NCBI GenBank assembly: GCA_018812265.1
Contig: JAHJDG010000009.1
Location: 5,042 to 69,041 of the forward strand
Length of the DNA: 64,000 nucleotides
Source: a bacterium
GTDB lineage: Bacteria; Electryoneota; RPQS01
Direction of reading: 5' to 3'
The position numbers and the translations under genes were made by a program. The notes beneath the pieces are model-generated. The model did not search any database, had not been told where the DNA came from, and saw nothing but the letters and a program-made list of their open reading frames with translations. Positions 1 to 9,628 of this stretch are shown here, in pieces. How positions within the stretch are numbered: the stretch's first letter is position 1; each line of letters starts with the position of its first letter.

Positions 1-1975
1 CGCTCTCGCACGTCGCCACGATACCCGAAAGTCCGCGCTGACGCGAGGAGATCAAATGCGTGGTAAACTCGCCCAAGTTGTTCGTGTAGCCGGAAGACGG
101 GCTCATTTGACCGAGCGTGGCGCTGACCGAGATCGCATAGCCGCTTCCCACGGAGTTGCCGAAAACGTCCGTCACTCGACAAACCACCGCCGTGGAGCTG
201 ATCCCGTCCGCCGGAAGTTCGGTAGCCGCGGGCGTCACTTGAATCCGCGCCGCTGCGCCGGGCAAATAGGTAAGAGTCTCGCGGTCGAGGAGTCCCTGCA
301 CCTCGGCCGAAACCGTATCCGTTCCGACCGCAGTCGGGCTGATGAGAGTCGCATAGGCGTAGCCGCCGACCGTGGTGGTCGTGTAGAGTGCATTCGTGCG
401 TCCGAATCCGCCTCGCGAATCGCGATGGTTCTCGTCGAAACTCCGATTGCGATCGCGCGATGCCGGCTTCACTGCCCCTCCCCACTTCGAGGACGGCGCG
501 ACCTCTCGGTCATTGCGACGCGCGGCCACTCCTCCGCCACCCGCCAGCGATCCGTACCGGGCCGCAAAGGTAACGCTCGTCCCGTCGGACACCGGCCGGC
601 CCTGCGCATCGAGCACCGTGGCCCGCAAGGCGGATTGCGCGTTTCCGTCGGCCACAAGCTGCTGAGGATTCGCGGAGAGATTGATCGTCGCCGCCAGAGT
701 CGGCGCCAGATAGATCACCACCGAACCCTGTACACCGGCTTGCGAAGCGATAATGGCCGCCGGTCCCACCAGCAATCCGGCCTGAAACGTGGCGTTCGCC
801 ACGCCGTTCGAACCCACCGTAGACGATTCGGTGACGATCCCGCCTTGCGCGGAGAAGCTTACCGGCGTTCCTTCCGAAACGGGATTTCCGAAGGCATCGC
901 GAACCGTGGCCGTAATCGTCGTTGTACTGCTGTTGTCCGCGTAAAGAGTATCGGCGGCGGCGGTGACCGTCACCGAGGCACTCGGTCCGGCCACAATCTG
1001 CACCGATGTTTGTCCGCTGATCTGGCCCCCCGTGGTGGCCGCCACCGTTGCCGTGCCGACGCCGGAAGAAGCAAACAGCTTGGTGATCGCCACGCCCCCC
1101 GTCGTTCGTGCCGTCAGGAGACTGAGCGTTCCGCGCGTCGTCGAGAACGAGACCACGGTATTGTCCACAACCGGCTGCCCGCGATCGTTAAACACGCGAG
1201 CCGTGATCGTCGCGCTGTCGGTCCCCGCCGAGATTTGCGGCCGGCTGGAACTCACTTCGATCAGGCTGGCTGACGCCGGCTGCAGGAAGGCGATCCGCGC
1301 GCTGTCTGCGCTTGATCCGTACCGTGCGATCACGAGGGCCTGTCCGGTTTCCGTCGTCGAAACCAGCGTCGCCCGGGCCGTGCCCGTCAAACTGTCGGTT
1401 CGGGCTGGAGACGTGATCGAACCGACGGTCGTCGAGAAGAAAATCAGAACGCCCGCAATCGGATTATGGTTCTCGTTGCGGAGGCGTGCGTAAACCAGAG
1501 TTGAGGAGATTCCGTTGTCCGCGAACAGCGTATCCTGATCCGCCCACACGGTCAGATCTCCTTCCCGTGCTTCGGCCGCTCCCACGCTGATAACGGCGGT
1601 TCGGATCTCACCCATCCCCACCAGCTCGGTGCGCAATTGAACCGGCCCGCTGTCCGGCGGAGCCGTGAACGTGGTCCGCGCCCAACCGAGGAGATCGCTA
1701 TTCACGGTGGTGTCGGCTCGCGATCCGCCCAGAACTCCACGGTTGACGCTGAACCGAACCCGCTCGTTGTGGGCCGGAGCGTTCTCCTCATCGAGAATCC
1801 GGGCTCCAATCGCGGCCGTCTGCCCCGGAGCGACAATCCCCGGTTCGATGGCGACGGTATCAATATAGGTGAGCACACTCGTGCCGCCACCCGTGGGGCT
1901 GATGTCGCCTTTTTGTTCACAACCCAGCCACAGCACCAGTGCGGCCAAAACAATCGCGAGGAGCCACACACTCAT
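1..1975 (-). CDS. Lipoprotein with tandem bacterial Ig-like (Big-type) repeats. Partial: the 3' end runs off the window start.
   Basis: The reverse-complement reading from 1975 gives MSVWLLAIVLAALVLWLGCEQKGD..., a lipobox signal peptide. The frame stays open to position 1 with repeated Thr/Ser/Val/Gly-rich Ig-like modules. The plus-strand ORFs 56..1273, 963..1493 and 1637..2167 are Arg-rich shadow ORFs. The ORF track omits this frame only because it has no in-window stop. Confidence 0.55.
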   Translation of the reverse strand, partial: MSVWLLAIVLAALVLWLGCEQKGDISPTGGGTSVLTYIDTVAIEPGIVAPGQTAAIGARILDEENAPAHNERVRFSVNRGVLGGSRADTTVNSDLLGWARTTFTAPPDSGPVQLRTELVGMGEIRTAVISVGAAEAREGDLTVWADQDTLFADNGISSTLVYARLRNENHNPIAGVLIFFSTTVGSITSPARTDSLTGTARATLVSTTETGQALVIARYGSSADSARIAFLQPASASLIEVSSSRPQISAGTDSATITARVFNDRGQPVVDNTVVSFSTTRGTLSLLTARTTGGVAITKLFASSGVGTATVAATTGGQISGQTSVQIVAGPSASVTVTAAADTLYADNSSTTTITATVRDAFGNPVSEGTPVSFSAQGGIVTESSTVGSNGVANATFQAGLLVGPAAIIASQAGVQGSVVIYLAPTLAATINLSANPQQLVADGNAQSALRATVLDAQGRPVSDGTSVTFAARYGSLAGGGGVAARRNDREVAPSSKWGGAVKPASRDRNRSFDENHRDSRGGFGRTNALYTTTTVGGYAYATLISPTAVGTDTVSAEVQGLLDRETLTYLPGAAARIQVTPAATELPADGISSTAVVCRVTDVFGNSVGSGYAISVSATLGQMSPSSGYTNNLGEFTTHLISSRQRGLSGIVATCES

Positions 1976-2009
1976 CGCCCAGCGGCTGTGCTTCACGATC
2001 CGTCCTCCT

Positions 2010-3383
2010 CTATCTGCAGTTGTACTCTTTCAGCTTGTAAAGCAGAGATCGGTGCGAGATCTCCAGAAGTTTCGCCGCGCGCGTCCGGTTGTTGTTGGTC
2101 AACTTCAACGCGCGCTGAATCAATTCGCGTTCCACGCGAGGAACCAGTTCGCTCAGCGTTTGCTTGATGCTGAGCTGTTCCTCGGGTATTTCGACCCGGA
2201 ACTCCTCCGCCGCGCGGCGCACTTCCGACGGCAGCGAGTCCACCGTAATGGTGTTGGAATCCGAAAGCACCACGGCTCGCTCCACGATATTTTGCAGCTC
2301 TCGAACGTTGCCCGGCCACGCATATCTCATGAGGATCTGCATGGCGTCCAATGCTACGTCCATCTGCGAACGCCCGTGCGTTAATCTCTTCAAGAAATGG
2401 TGGACGAGCAAGGGAATATCCTCCGGACGTTCCCTGAGCGGCGGCATGACGATCGGAATGATATTCAGCCGGTAAAAGAGGTCTTCCCGGAATCTCCCCG
2501 CTCGCACCTCTTCCCCCAGGTTTCGCGACGTGGCGGCGATGACGCGAACGCTGACCGTCAACTCGCTGACGTCACCCAACCTCCGCAGCCGCCCCTCCTG
2601 CAGGACGCGCAAGAGCTTGACCTGCAGCGACGTCGGCAACTCGCCGATCTCATCTAAGAGCAGCGTTCCTCCGTCCGCCTCCTCGAACAAGCCGCGCTTG
2701 GTGCGAACGGCGCCGCTGAACGCTCCGCGGACGTAGCCGAACAGCTCCGACTCCAGCAGCGTTTCCGGTATCGCGCCGCAGTTCACCGTCACGAACGGAT
2801 TGTTGCGAATCCCGCTGTGGAGGTGAATCAGGCGGGCAATCACTTCTTTTCCCGTTCCCGATTCCCCGCTGATCAAAACCGTGCTGTTGAAGGGCGCGAT
2901 GCGCTCGACTTTCTGGAAGATATCCCGCATCACCGCCGACTTTCCGACCACGTTGGCGAACGAATAGCGTTCCGCCAACTCGCGGCGAAGCCGGTCGTTC
3001 TCCGTTCGCAGCTTGCGCTGTTCTATGGCGTTCGCCACCGTCAAGTCTATGACCTCCGGCGACAATTCCTCTTTGGCCACGTAGTCCAGCGCCCCCACTT
3101 TCATCGCCTGAACCGCGTTCTGAACATGCCCATAGGCCGTCATGATGATAATGGGCGTATCCCGGTTGATAGCTTTGAGTTTCCGCAGGACTTCCACGCC
3201 GTCGTCGCCGGGAAGCTGATGATCGAGCAGCACCAGATCGAACTCTTCCTCCCCGTACACGTCAAGCGCACCGTTGCCGTCAGGTACGGTTGTGACGACG
3301 CAATCGCGTTCCTCGAGGTGTTCCTTCAGGAATGCGCTGTAATCGGATTCGTCTTCAACAACAAGAATCTTAACGTGGTGCAT
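2010..3383 (-). CDS. Sigma-54-dependent response regulator (NtrC/PilR family): REC + AAA+ sigma-54 activator + Fis-type HTH. Orphan, with no adjacent kinase.
   Basis: N-terminal receiver (ILVVEDE...[11 protein letters not shown]). Walker [15 protein letters not shown] variant of the GAFTGA sigma-54 contact loop. C-terminal HTH ([19 protein letters not shown]). Confidence 0.9.
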   Translation of the reverse strand: MHHVKILVVEDESDYSAFLKEHLEERDCVVTTVPDGNGALDVYGEEEFDLVLLDHQLPGDDGVEVLRKLKAINRDTPIIIMTAYGHVQNAVQAMKVGALDYVAKEELSPEVIDLTVANAIEQRKLRTENDRLRRELAERYSFANVVGKSAVMRDIFQKVERIAPFNSTVLISGESGTGKEVIARLIHLHSGIRNNPFVTVNCGAIPETLLESELFGYVRGAFSGAVRTKRGLFEEADGGTLLLDEIGELPTSLQVKLLRVLQEGRLRRLGDVSELTVSVRVIAATSRNLGEEVRAGRFREDLFYRLNIIPIVMPPLRERPEDIPLLVHHFLKRLTHGRSQMDVALDAMQILMRYAWPGNVRELQNIVERAVVLSDSNTITVDSLPSEVRRAAEEFRVEIPEEQLSIKQTLSELVPRVERELIQRALKLTNNNRTRAAKLLEISHRSLLYKLKEYNCR

Positions 3384-3435
3384 GAAGTTTGAGACCCCGT
3401 GACACGCGAAACAAGAGGCGTCACTGCAAGTGTTT

Positions 3436-3450
3436 GCAAGCCTTGTGCCA
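3436..3450 (-). promoter_or_regulatory. Candidate sigma-54 (-24/-12) promoter for the 2010..3383 activator gene.
   Basis: The minus strand reads TGGCACAAGGCTTGC, a perfect TGGCAC-N5-TTGC, ending ~53 nt upstream of the start codon at 3383. Confidence 0.55.
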
Positions 3451-3600
3451 CGCTACGCAACGCGGTGCAACATCAATAGCGGTGGGAGATTGCGGATGAT
3501 TGCCGACAGCGGTACCGGAATTCTCCGCAGATGCTTGCGCATCCGGCGGCGCATATTGCCGCGTACCCGTTCAAACCAGCCGTCTCTTGCCGAGCAAACA

Positions 3601-3623
3601 GCCCTCGGCGATCCGCCGAGGGC
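3601..3623 (-). terminator. Intrinsic-terminator-like hairpin downstream of pilA.
   Basis: Perfect 10-bp GC stem GCCCTCGGCG-ATC-CGCCGAGGGC, 60 nt after the pilA stop, followed on the minus strand by TGTTTGCT. Confidence 0.55.
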
Positions 3624-3684
3624 TGGACACTCGCTCGAAGAGGAATGCGCGCTGTGCACACAACCTCCCCGCTGCGTGAGGTGC

Positions 3685-4107
3685 TTACTGGACGCCGTCC
3701 GGCGTGGCCGTCAGCACGCTGCCGGCGTTGTCAAGACAGGTCACCTGGATCTGATAAGTCGTCGGCGAGACCGCACCGTTGTAGGCATAGGCGAAGCTAC
3801 CGGCCGCGAAGTTGCCCCCCGCCGGCAGTGACATATACGGATTGGTCTGCGGATCCACCAGAACCGTGGGAGCCGTAGCCAGCGTCATCGCCGCCGGATA
3901 GTCGGCGTAGTCAATCTCGAACATACCCAGAGCTTGACGGAATTGGTCAAGGTCGGCGCGCGCTGCGCCCACTCGCGCACGATCCTGCGCTCCCATGAAA
4001 CGCGGCACGGCAACGGCGGCCAGAATGCCGATGATCACGATCACGACCAACAGTTCGATCAGCGTGAATCCCCGGCCGGCTTTCTTCCTGCGGATGGCTT
4101 TCAACAT
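3685..4107 (-). CDS. pilA: Type IV major pilin (PilA-like).
   Basis: Prepilin motif G|FTLIELLVVIVIIGILAAVAVP with the conserved Glu5 and a basic 13-aa leader MLKAIRRKKAGRG. RBS GGAGG. 140 aa. Confidence 0.9.
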   Translation of the reverse strand: MLKAIRRKKAGRGFTLIELLVVIVIIGILAAVAVPRFMGAQDRARVGAARADLDQFRQALGMFEIDYADYPAAMTLATAPTVLVDPQTNPYMSLPAGGNFAAGSFAYAYNGAVSPTTYQIQVTCLDNAGSVLTATPDGVQ

Positions 4108-4167
4108 GATTCCTCCTGACTAACGTATTTTCGGTTGATGGATGTGCGACGTTCTGGTAATAGCTTT

Positions 4168-4183
4168 GGCAACACTCATGCCA
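4168..4183 (-). promoter_or_regulatory. Candidate sigma-54 (-24/-12) promoter for pilA.
   Basis: The minus strand reads TGGCATGAGTGTTGCC, with GG and GC at the canonical 10-nt spacing, ~60 nt upstream of the pilA ATG. This is consistent with the PilR (sigma-54 activator) gene immediately upstream. Confidence 0.55.
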
Positions 4184-4329
4184 CGTTCTTACCTCTTTGA
4201 TACTTCCTTGACTGGATTGAAGATGAACGCTGCTGACCGTAGCCCATGCGCTGAAGATCGGTCCATACAAGACTGCGTTCTGCAATGGCCGCTGCAAATC
4301 GCCTCGGCGTTCATTCGGCTGATGACCCG

Positions 4330-5697
4330 CTACCCTCGCGGGGATTCGATACCGTACCGCTGAAGCTTGCGATAAATCGTGGATGGATCTATTCCGAGGA
4401 TCTCCGAAGCCCGCTTCTTCTGCCAACCGGTTTCTTCCAGAACCCGCAGCAGGTGCTGCCGTTCAACGTCCTCCAGTTTCGCGAGCGAGGTATCGTCATG
4501 AGTGTGAAAACCCGCGGATTCCGAAGAGCGAATCTTTCCCGGTAGAGTGGACGCCGGGATTTCCGCCTCTTCCGTAAGAATCACCGCCCGTTCGATGGTG
4601 TTTTCAAGTTCCCGCACGTTGCCCGGCCAACCGTAGCGCAGAAACAAACGGCGGGCTTCCTCGGATAGCGATTTCAGAGGAATCCCGTGGCGGCGGCACG
4701 TCCGTTCCAGAAAATACAGCGCGAGATCCAGAATGTCTTCCTTGCGCTCGCGCAGCGGATGAACGTGGATCGGAATCACCGACAAACGATAGTAAAGATC
4801 ACTCCGGAATTCGCCGGATCGCTGCTTCCGCTCCAGATCGGAGTTGGTGGCCGCAATCACCCGCACGTCCACTCGAATCGGACGAGTCGCGCCCAACGGC
4901 AGCACCTCCCGCTCCTGCAAGGCCCGCAGCAGCTTCACCTGAAGCGCCGCCGACATGTCGCCGATCTCGTCCAGAAACAGCGTCCCCCCGTTGGCCGCCT
5001 TGAACAGGCCGTCCTTGTCCCTCACCGCTCCCGTAAAGCTGCCGCGAGTATGACCGAACAACTCGCTCTCCAATAGCGTATCGGGAAGGGCAGCGCAATT
5101 GATGGTGACGAACTCGCCGGTCGCGCGTTCCGATAGCTGATGGATCACCTGAGCCACCACCTCTTTCCCCGTTCCCGACTCCCCCGTGATGAGAATCGTC
5201 GAATCGGAGGGAGCCACCCGCCCGATCAGCTCGATCAGCTCGCGGATTTGCCGGGAGCTTCCGATGATCCGCGGGACCGCGCCCTCTTCGGCCAGTTTCG
5301 CCTTCAGCCGGCGGTTCTCCTTGCGCAAGGCCTGATTGTCGAGCACCTTCGCCACCACCGCCCGAATCTCATCCACCTGAAACGGCTTGGTGATGTAGTC
5401 CGCCGCACCCAGTCGCAGAGCCTCCACCGCCGATTCCAACGATGCAAAGGCGGTCATCACGACGACGCCCAACTCCGGATACCGCTTGCGCGCCGCGCTC
5501 ACCAGTTCAAGCCCATTCATTTCCGGCATGCGAAGATCGGTGATCATCACCTGTTGCGGCTCTTCTTCCAGCACCCGCAGGGCTTCCTGGCCGCTCTGAG
5601 TCGCGCGGGCGCGATAGCCGTCCTTGCTGAGCAGCAGCGTCAGAAACTCGCCCATGCTGCGCTCGTCGTCAACGATCAGGATTTTTTCTTTCGCCAT
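4330..5697 (-). CDS. pilR: Sigma-54-dependent response regulator PilR (REC + AAA+ + HTH).
   Basis: REC domain (ILIVDDE...ITDLRMPEMNG). [14 protein letters not shown] loop. C-terminal HTH (ASEILGIDPSTIYRKLQ). It lies between pilS and pilA, as in Myxococcus and Geobacter. Confidence 0.85.
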   Translation of the reverse strand: MAKEKILIVDDERSMGEFLTLLLSKDGYRARATQSGQEALRVLEEEPQQVMITDLRMPEMNGLELVSAARKRYPELGVVVMTAFASLESAVEALRLGAADYITKPFQVDEIRAVVAKVLDNQALRKENRRLKAKLAEEGAVPRIIGSSRQIRELIELIGRVAPSDSTILITGESGTGKEVVAQVIHQLSERATGEFVTINCAALPDTLLESELFGHTRGSFTGAVRDKDGLFKAANGGTLFLDEIGDMSAALQVKLLRALQEREVLPLGATRPIRVDVRVIAATNSDLERKQRSGEFRSDLYYRLSVIPIHVHPLRERKEDILDLALYFLERTCRRHGIPLKSLSEEARRLFLRYGWPGNVRELENTIERAVILTEEAEIPASTLPGKIRSSESAGFHTHDDTSLAKLEDVERQHLLRVLEETGWQKKRASEILGIDPSTIYRKLQRYGIESPRG

Positions 5698-5703
5698 ATT
5701 CGT

Positions 5704-7248
5704 TCAAATAGCTAATTCGAACCAGGTTCCGATTCCCGGCTCGGTGTTTAAAGTCAGCTCGCCTCCGTGAGCATGAACGGCTCGCAGCGCGGTCGGCAAA
5801 GCGAAACCGTTGGAAAAGCGCTGCACTCCCGAAAACGGCCGGAATGCGCCATCCTGCACCTCGGCCGACACTTCCTTCCCCTCCAGAAGAAAACGAACGG
5901 ATCTCGGCTTGTGCGGACTGCGAGAAATCGCAATCTCGCCTTGCCCCTCCGCCCATTCGCACAGCGACAGCAGCACCGCACTGACCGCCAAACCGATCTG
6001 ATCCGCGTCGAAATCCGCTTCCAGCGTGGCGGGCAGATTGTCCCGAATCGGCAACGTGATCTGACGGTCCGTTGCGTACCTCCGAATCGTCGTGGCCAAA
6101 TCACCGCGCAAACGATTCGGCGCTTGCAGGTGGGCGAACGTCAGGAAATCGCACAGCAGACCGTTCAGCCGGTCCGACTCGCGCAGCGCCAGATCGAGAT
6201 ACGCGCCCAGTCCGTTCGCTTCCGAATCGCTCAACCGGATCATCTCCACGCAGCCTCGCACGGTGGCCAGCGGATTCCGGATTCCGTGCGCCAAATCCCG
6301 CGACAAGCGGCCGATGGCCGCCAGACGGTCGCGCTCCCGGTCGGCGCGCTCCGCCTCCTTCACGCGCGTCAAATCGCTGAACAGAATGATGCTGCCGCGT
6401 CGCTCACCGGTCATGTCAAATAGCGGTGAACACGAAAAACCGATCGGCCGATGACCGCTCGCAATCGGCAGCTCCATCTCACTCCGAATCTCTTCCGTCG
6501 GATCCTCGAGCAGCGGACGAATGGCCTTCCCGAACGGTGATTCGATATGCAAGAGCGAGCGCATCGTCTCCACCGGAGCATCGGCGGGCAATCCCAAAAT
6601 CTGCCGCCCCGCCGGATTGGAATAGAATACCTGCAACTCGGGATCCACCACCAGCACGCCCGTGCTGAGCGAATCCAGGATCGCCTGCGTGTCCAGCCGT
6701 GCCTGCTCGAGTTCGCCCAGCGTCCGTACGTGACTGCGTTCCCGCTCCCGGAACCGTTCATAAACGTAAGCCGTCAGGAATGCGGTCACAACGAAGTTCA
6801 CCGAATAGAGCAACGCATAGAAGCTCTGTTCGCTCAGGTAGGTGGCCGACTCGTTGCGATACAGCCAGAGCAGCCCCGCCGACGACAGCAGAGCCGTCCA
6901 TAAGCTGGCCGGAAGGCCGGTCAAAAGTCCGGCCGATCCGACCGAAAAAAAGTACAGGAACACGAACTCGCTGCGCGCGCCGCCCGTGTATTGCAGCACC
7001 AGCGTATCCAGAAATACCGCGCTCGACAAGACCACCCATTTCAGCGAACCCACCAGTCGCCGACGACGAAACCACTCCCACGCGCCGAGACTCAGAATCA
7101 CGTTGCCCGCAAACAGAGTCAGATACGGCACCACGCTCTGTCCGGTGGGCCGGAAGAGTATCGCCAGTCCCAGCAGCACGGTCACGAAAATCAGCCGCGC
7201 CGCCAGAAACGTCGAGAAGTTCCGTCCGGTTTCGAAGATGAGTCGCAT
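5704..7248 (-). CDS. pilS: Sensor histidine kinase PilS-like (polytopic N-terminal membrane domain + PAS + HisKA + HATPase).
   Basis: About 6 hydrophobic helices at the N-terminus. PAS-like segment. H-box LAHGIRNPLATV. C-terminal ATPase motifs. Its stop abuts the pilR start. Confidence 0.8.
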   Translation of the reverse strand: MRLIFETGRNFSTFLAARLIFVTVLLGLAILFRPTGQSVVPYLTLFAGNVILSLGAWEWFRRRRLVGSLKWVVLSSAVFLDTLVLQYTGGARSEFVFLYFFSVGSAGLLTGLPASLWTALLSSAGLLWLYRNESATYLSEQSFYALLYSVNFVVTAFLTAYVYERFRERERSHVRTLGELEQARLDTQAILDSLSTGVLVVDPELQVFYSNPAGRQILGLPADAPVETMRSLLHIESPFGKAIRPLLEDPTEEIRSEMELPIASGHRPIGFSCSPLFDMTGERRGSIILFSDLTRVKEAERADRERDRLAAIGRLSRDLAHGIRNPLATVRGCVEMIRLSDSEANGLGAYLDLALRESDRLNGLLCDFLTFAHLQAPNRLRGDLATTIRRYATDRQITLPIRDNLPATLEADFDADQIGLAVSAVLLSLCEWAEGQGEIAISRSPHKPRSVRFLLEGKEVSAEVQDGAFRPFSGVQRFSNGFALPTALRAVHAHGGELTLNTEPGIGTWFELAI

Positions 7249-7257
7249 CGCAGCGTT

Positions 7258-8460
7258 CTATTTGATCGCGCCGATCATGTCGAACATCGGCAAATACATG
7301 GCCACCAGCATCCCGCCGATCACCGCGCCCATGACGACGATTACCACCGGCTCGATGAGCGAGGTCATCGCCGAAACGGCCGCGTCCACTTCCTCATCGT
7401 AGAAATCGGCGATCTTGCCGAGCATCTCCGCCAAACGGCCCGTTTGCTCGCCGACCGCCACCAGCTGCACCACCATCGCCGGAAAGACTCCGCTCTCTCC
7501 CAACGGCACCGTGATGTTCTTGCCCTCGGAAATGGATTTCCGCACCCGTTCGATGGCCTGCTGAATCACCATGTTCCCCGCCGTCTTGGCCGTAATATCC
7601 AGCGCATGAAGAATCGGAACACCGGAGGAAATCAGCACGCCCAGCGTTCGTGTGAACCGCGCAATCGCCGTTTTCCGGATCACGCCGCCGATCACCGGCA
7701 GCTTGAGCAGAAACTTGTCCACCGCGATCTTGCCGTGCTCCGTCTTGTGCCATCGTTTGTAGATGAACAGAAGGACGACCAGAACTCCCAAACCCGGAAG
7801 AAAAGTCCGCTGCATGATCTCCGAGATCAGGAGCACGAACTTCGTGGGTCCGGGAAGCTCGGCCCCGAGGTCGGCGAACATCTTCGCGAACACCGGAATC
7901 ACCTTGAGCAACATGAAAATTGTTGCGCCGAGCGCAACGCATGCGATGACCGTCGGATAGATCATCGCCCCTTTCACCTTCCGCCTCAAGGCGTCCGCCT
8001 TCTCGAGGTACGTGGCCAGCCGCTGGAATACCATGGCCAGTGCGCCGCCGGCTTCGCCGGCCGCCACCATGTGCACGAACAGATTGTCGAACACCTTCTT
8101 ATGCCGGGCCAGAGCGTCCGCCAGCGACGAACCGCCCGAGACGGCGTTATGCACCTCGGAGATCGCCTTCTTGAAGGATTTGTTCTTGGTCTGTTCGGCC
8201 AGAATCTGCAGACACATGTCAATCGGCAATCCCGCATTGACCATCGTGCCGAACAGGCGGGCGAAGATCTTCAGATCTTTCACGCCCACTTTGCGCTGCA
8301 TCCCGCCCGCCGCCAGATCCTTGGGTTTGCTGCGCACGTCCGCCACCACCACCCGCCGTTGCCGAAGCTTCGAGATGGCTTCCTGCTTGTCGCGCGCCTC
8401 AATTTCGCCGGCAACGCTCTTCGAGCCCGCCGTCCGTCCCTGGTACACAAAAACCGGCAT
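7258..8460 (-). CDS. pilC: Type IV pilus inner-membrane platform protein PilC (GspF family).
   Basis: 400 aa with two GspF repeats and conserved motifs such as AGEAGG and GEQTGRL. Confidence 0.9.
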   Translation of the reverse strand: MPVFVYQGRTAGSKSVAGEIEARDKQEAISKLRQRRVVVADVRSKPKDLAAGGMQRKVGVKDLKIFARLFGTMVNAGLPIDMCLQILAEQTKNKSFKKAISEVHNAVSGGSSLADALARHKKVFDNLFVHMVAAGEAGGALAMVFQRLATYLEKADALRRKVKGAMIYPTVIACVALGATIFMLLKVIPVFAKMFADLGAELPGPTKFVLLISEIMQRTFLPGLGVLVVLLFIYKRWHKTEHGKIAVDKFLLKLPVIGGVIRKTAIARFTRTLGVLISSGVPILHALDITAKTAGNMVIQQAIERVRKSISEGKNITVPLGESGVFPAMVVQLVAVGEQTGRLAEMLGKIADFYDEEVDAAVSAMTSLIEPVVIVVMGAVIGGMLVAMYLPMFDMIGAIK

Positions 8461-8483
8461 GACTGTCCTATTCGGTAGTGAAG

Positions 8484-9599
8484 TTAACGACCCATACGAC
8501 TTGCGAGCACACGCGCCTTGTCGCCCGGACCGCTCCGCGCGATTCCCAACATGCGCTCAAGTTCTTCGGGCAGATTCGACGCCGTCAACGCTCGCTCGGC
8601 CGACGCCTGCCCGGTGGTCACCAGATCATGCAGCGACGCGTTCATCGTCAACATCCCGTACTTCTGCGAAACCTGAAGCACGCCGTACATTTCGTGAACC
8701 TTGCTCTCGCGGATCAGCGCTCGAATCGCCGGCGTGCACATCATCACCTCAGCCGCCAGAACGACTCCCCCGCCGGTTCGCCGTGGCAATAGCTTCTGAG
8801 TCATCACCGCCTCCAGAGTCATCGAAAGTTGCGCCCGCACTTGGCCTTGCTGATGAGGCGGAAAAACGTCTATGATGCGGTTCACGGATTCGGTGGCCGA
8901 GTTGGTGTGCAGAGTGGCGAAAACCAAGTGACCGGTCTCGGCGGCCGTCAGAGCCGCTTGAATGGTCTCCAGATCACGCATCTCACCGACCATGATCACG
9001 TCCGGGTCCTGCCGCAACACGTACTTGAGCGCCGTCGCGAACGTCTTGGTGTCCGCCCCGACCTCGCGCTGGTTGACGATGGCTTGCTTGTGGGTGTGGA
9101 CGTACTCGACCGGATCCTCAATCGTAATGATATGCACCGGCCGCTCGCTGTTGATGCGATCCACGATGGCGGCCAGTGTCGTGGACTTTCCCGATCCGGT
9201 CGGACCCGTCACCAAGATCAGGCCCTTCGGCTTGGAGGGAAATGCTTGGCAGATCTTGGGCAACTTCAACTGCTCAACGGTCGGAATTTTGAACGGAATC
9301 GCCCGGATCACCGTGGTCAGCGAACCGCGCTGGAAAAATACGTTGCCGCGGAATCGCGAAAGACCGTCTATCCCGAACGCAAAGTCCACTTCGAGATCCA
9401 TCTCGAGCTTCTTCTGCTGCTTGTCGGTGAGGATGCTGTAGGCCAGACTCTTGCATTCCTCGGAGTGAAGAGTCTCATACTTGAGCATCTGTATCTGCTG
9501 ATCCACGCGAATCCGCGGCGGGGTGTTCGCCGCCAGATGCAAGTCGCTCCCGCGCGCCTCAAGTAAATCACTGAGTAAGGTGCGAATGTCTAATCTCAT
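8484..9599 (-). CDS. pilT: Type IV pilus retraction ATPase PilT.
   Basis: 371 aa. Walker A GPTGSGKSTTLAA. Typical PilT size. N-terminus MRLDIRTLLSDLLEARGSDLHL. Confidence 0.85.
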   Translation of the reverse strand: MRLDIRTLLSDLLEARGSDLHLAANTPPRIRVDQQIQMLKYETLHSEECKSLAYSILTDKQQKKLEMDLEVDFAFGIDGLSRFRGNVFFQRGSLTTVIRAIPFKIPTVEQLKLPKICQAFPSKPKGLILVTGPTGSGKSTTLAAIVDRINSERPVHIITIEDPVEYVHTHKQAIVNQREVGADTKTFATALKYVLRQDPDVIMVGEMRDLETIQAALTAAETGHLVFATLHTNSATESVNRIIDVFPPHQQGQVRAQLSMTLEAVMTQKLLPRRTGGGVVLAAEVMMCTPAIRALIRESKVHEMYGVLQVSQKYGMLTMNASLHDLVTTGQASAERALTASNLPEELERMLGIARSGPGDKARVLASRMGR

Positions 9600-9628
9600 C
9601 GAAATCTCCTGATCTTGCTGCGATAGCC

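Noticed and set aside
56-2167. Long plus-strand ORFs (405, 176 and 176 aa) at the window start.
   Set aside because: They are Arg/Ala/Gly-rich shadow ORFs opposite the real minus-strand lipoprotein gene. The minus frame gives a clean lipobox signal peptide and Ig-like repeats.
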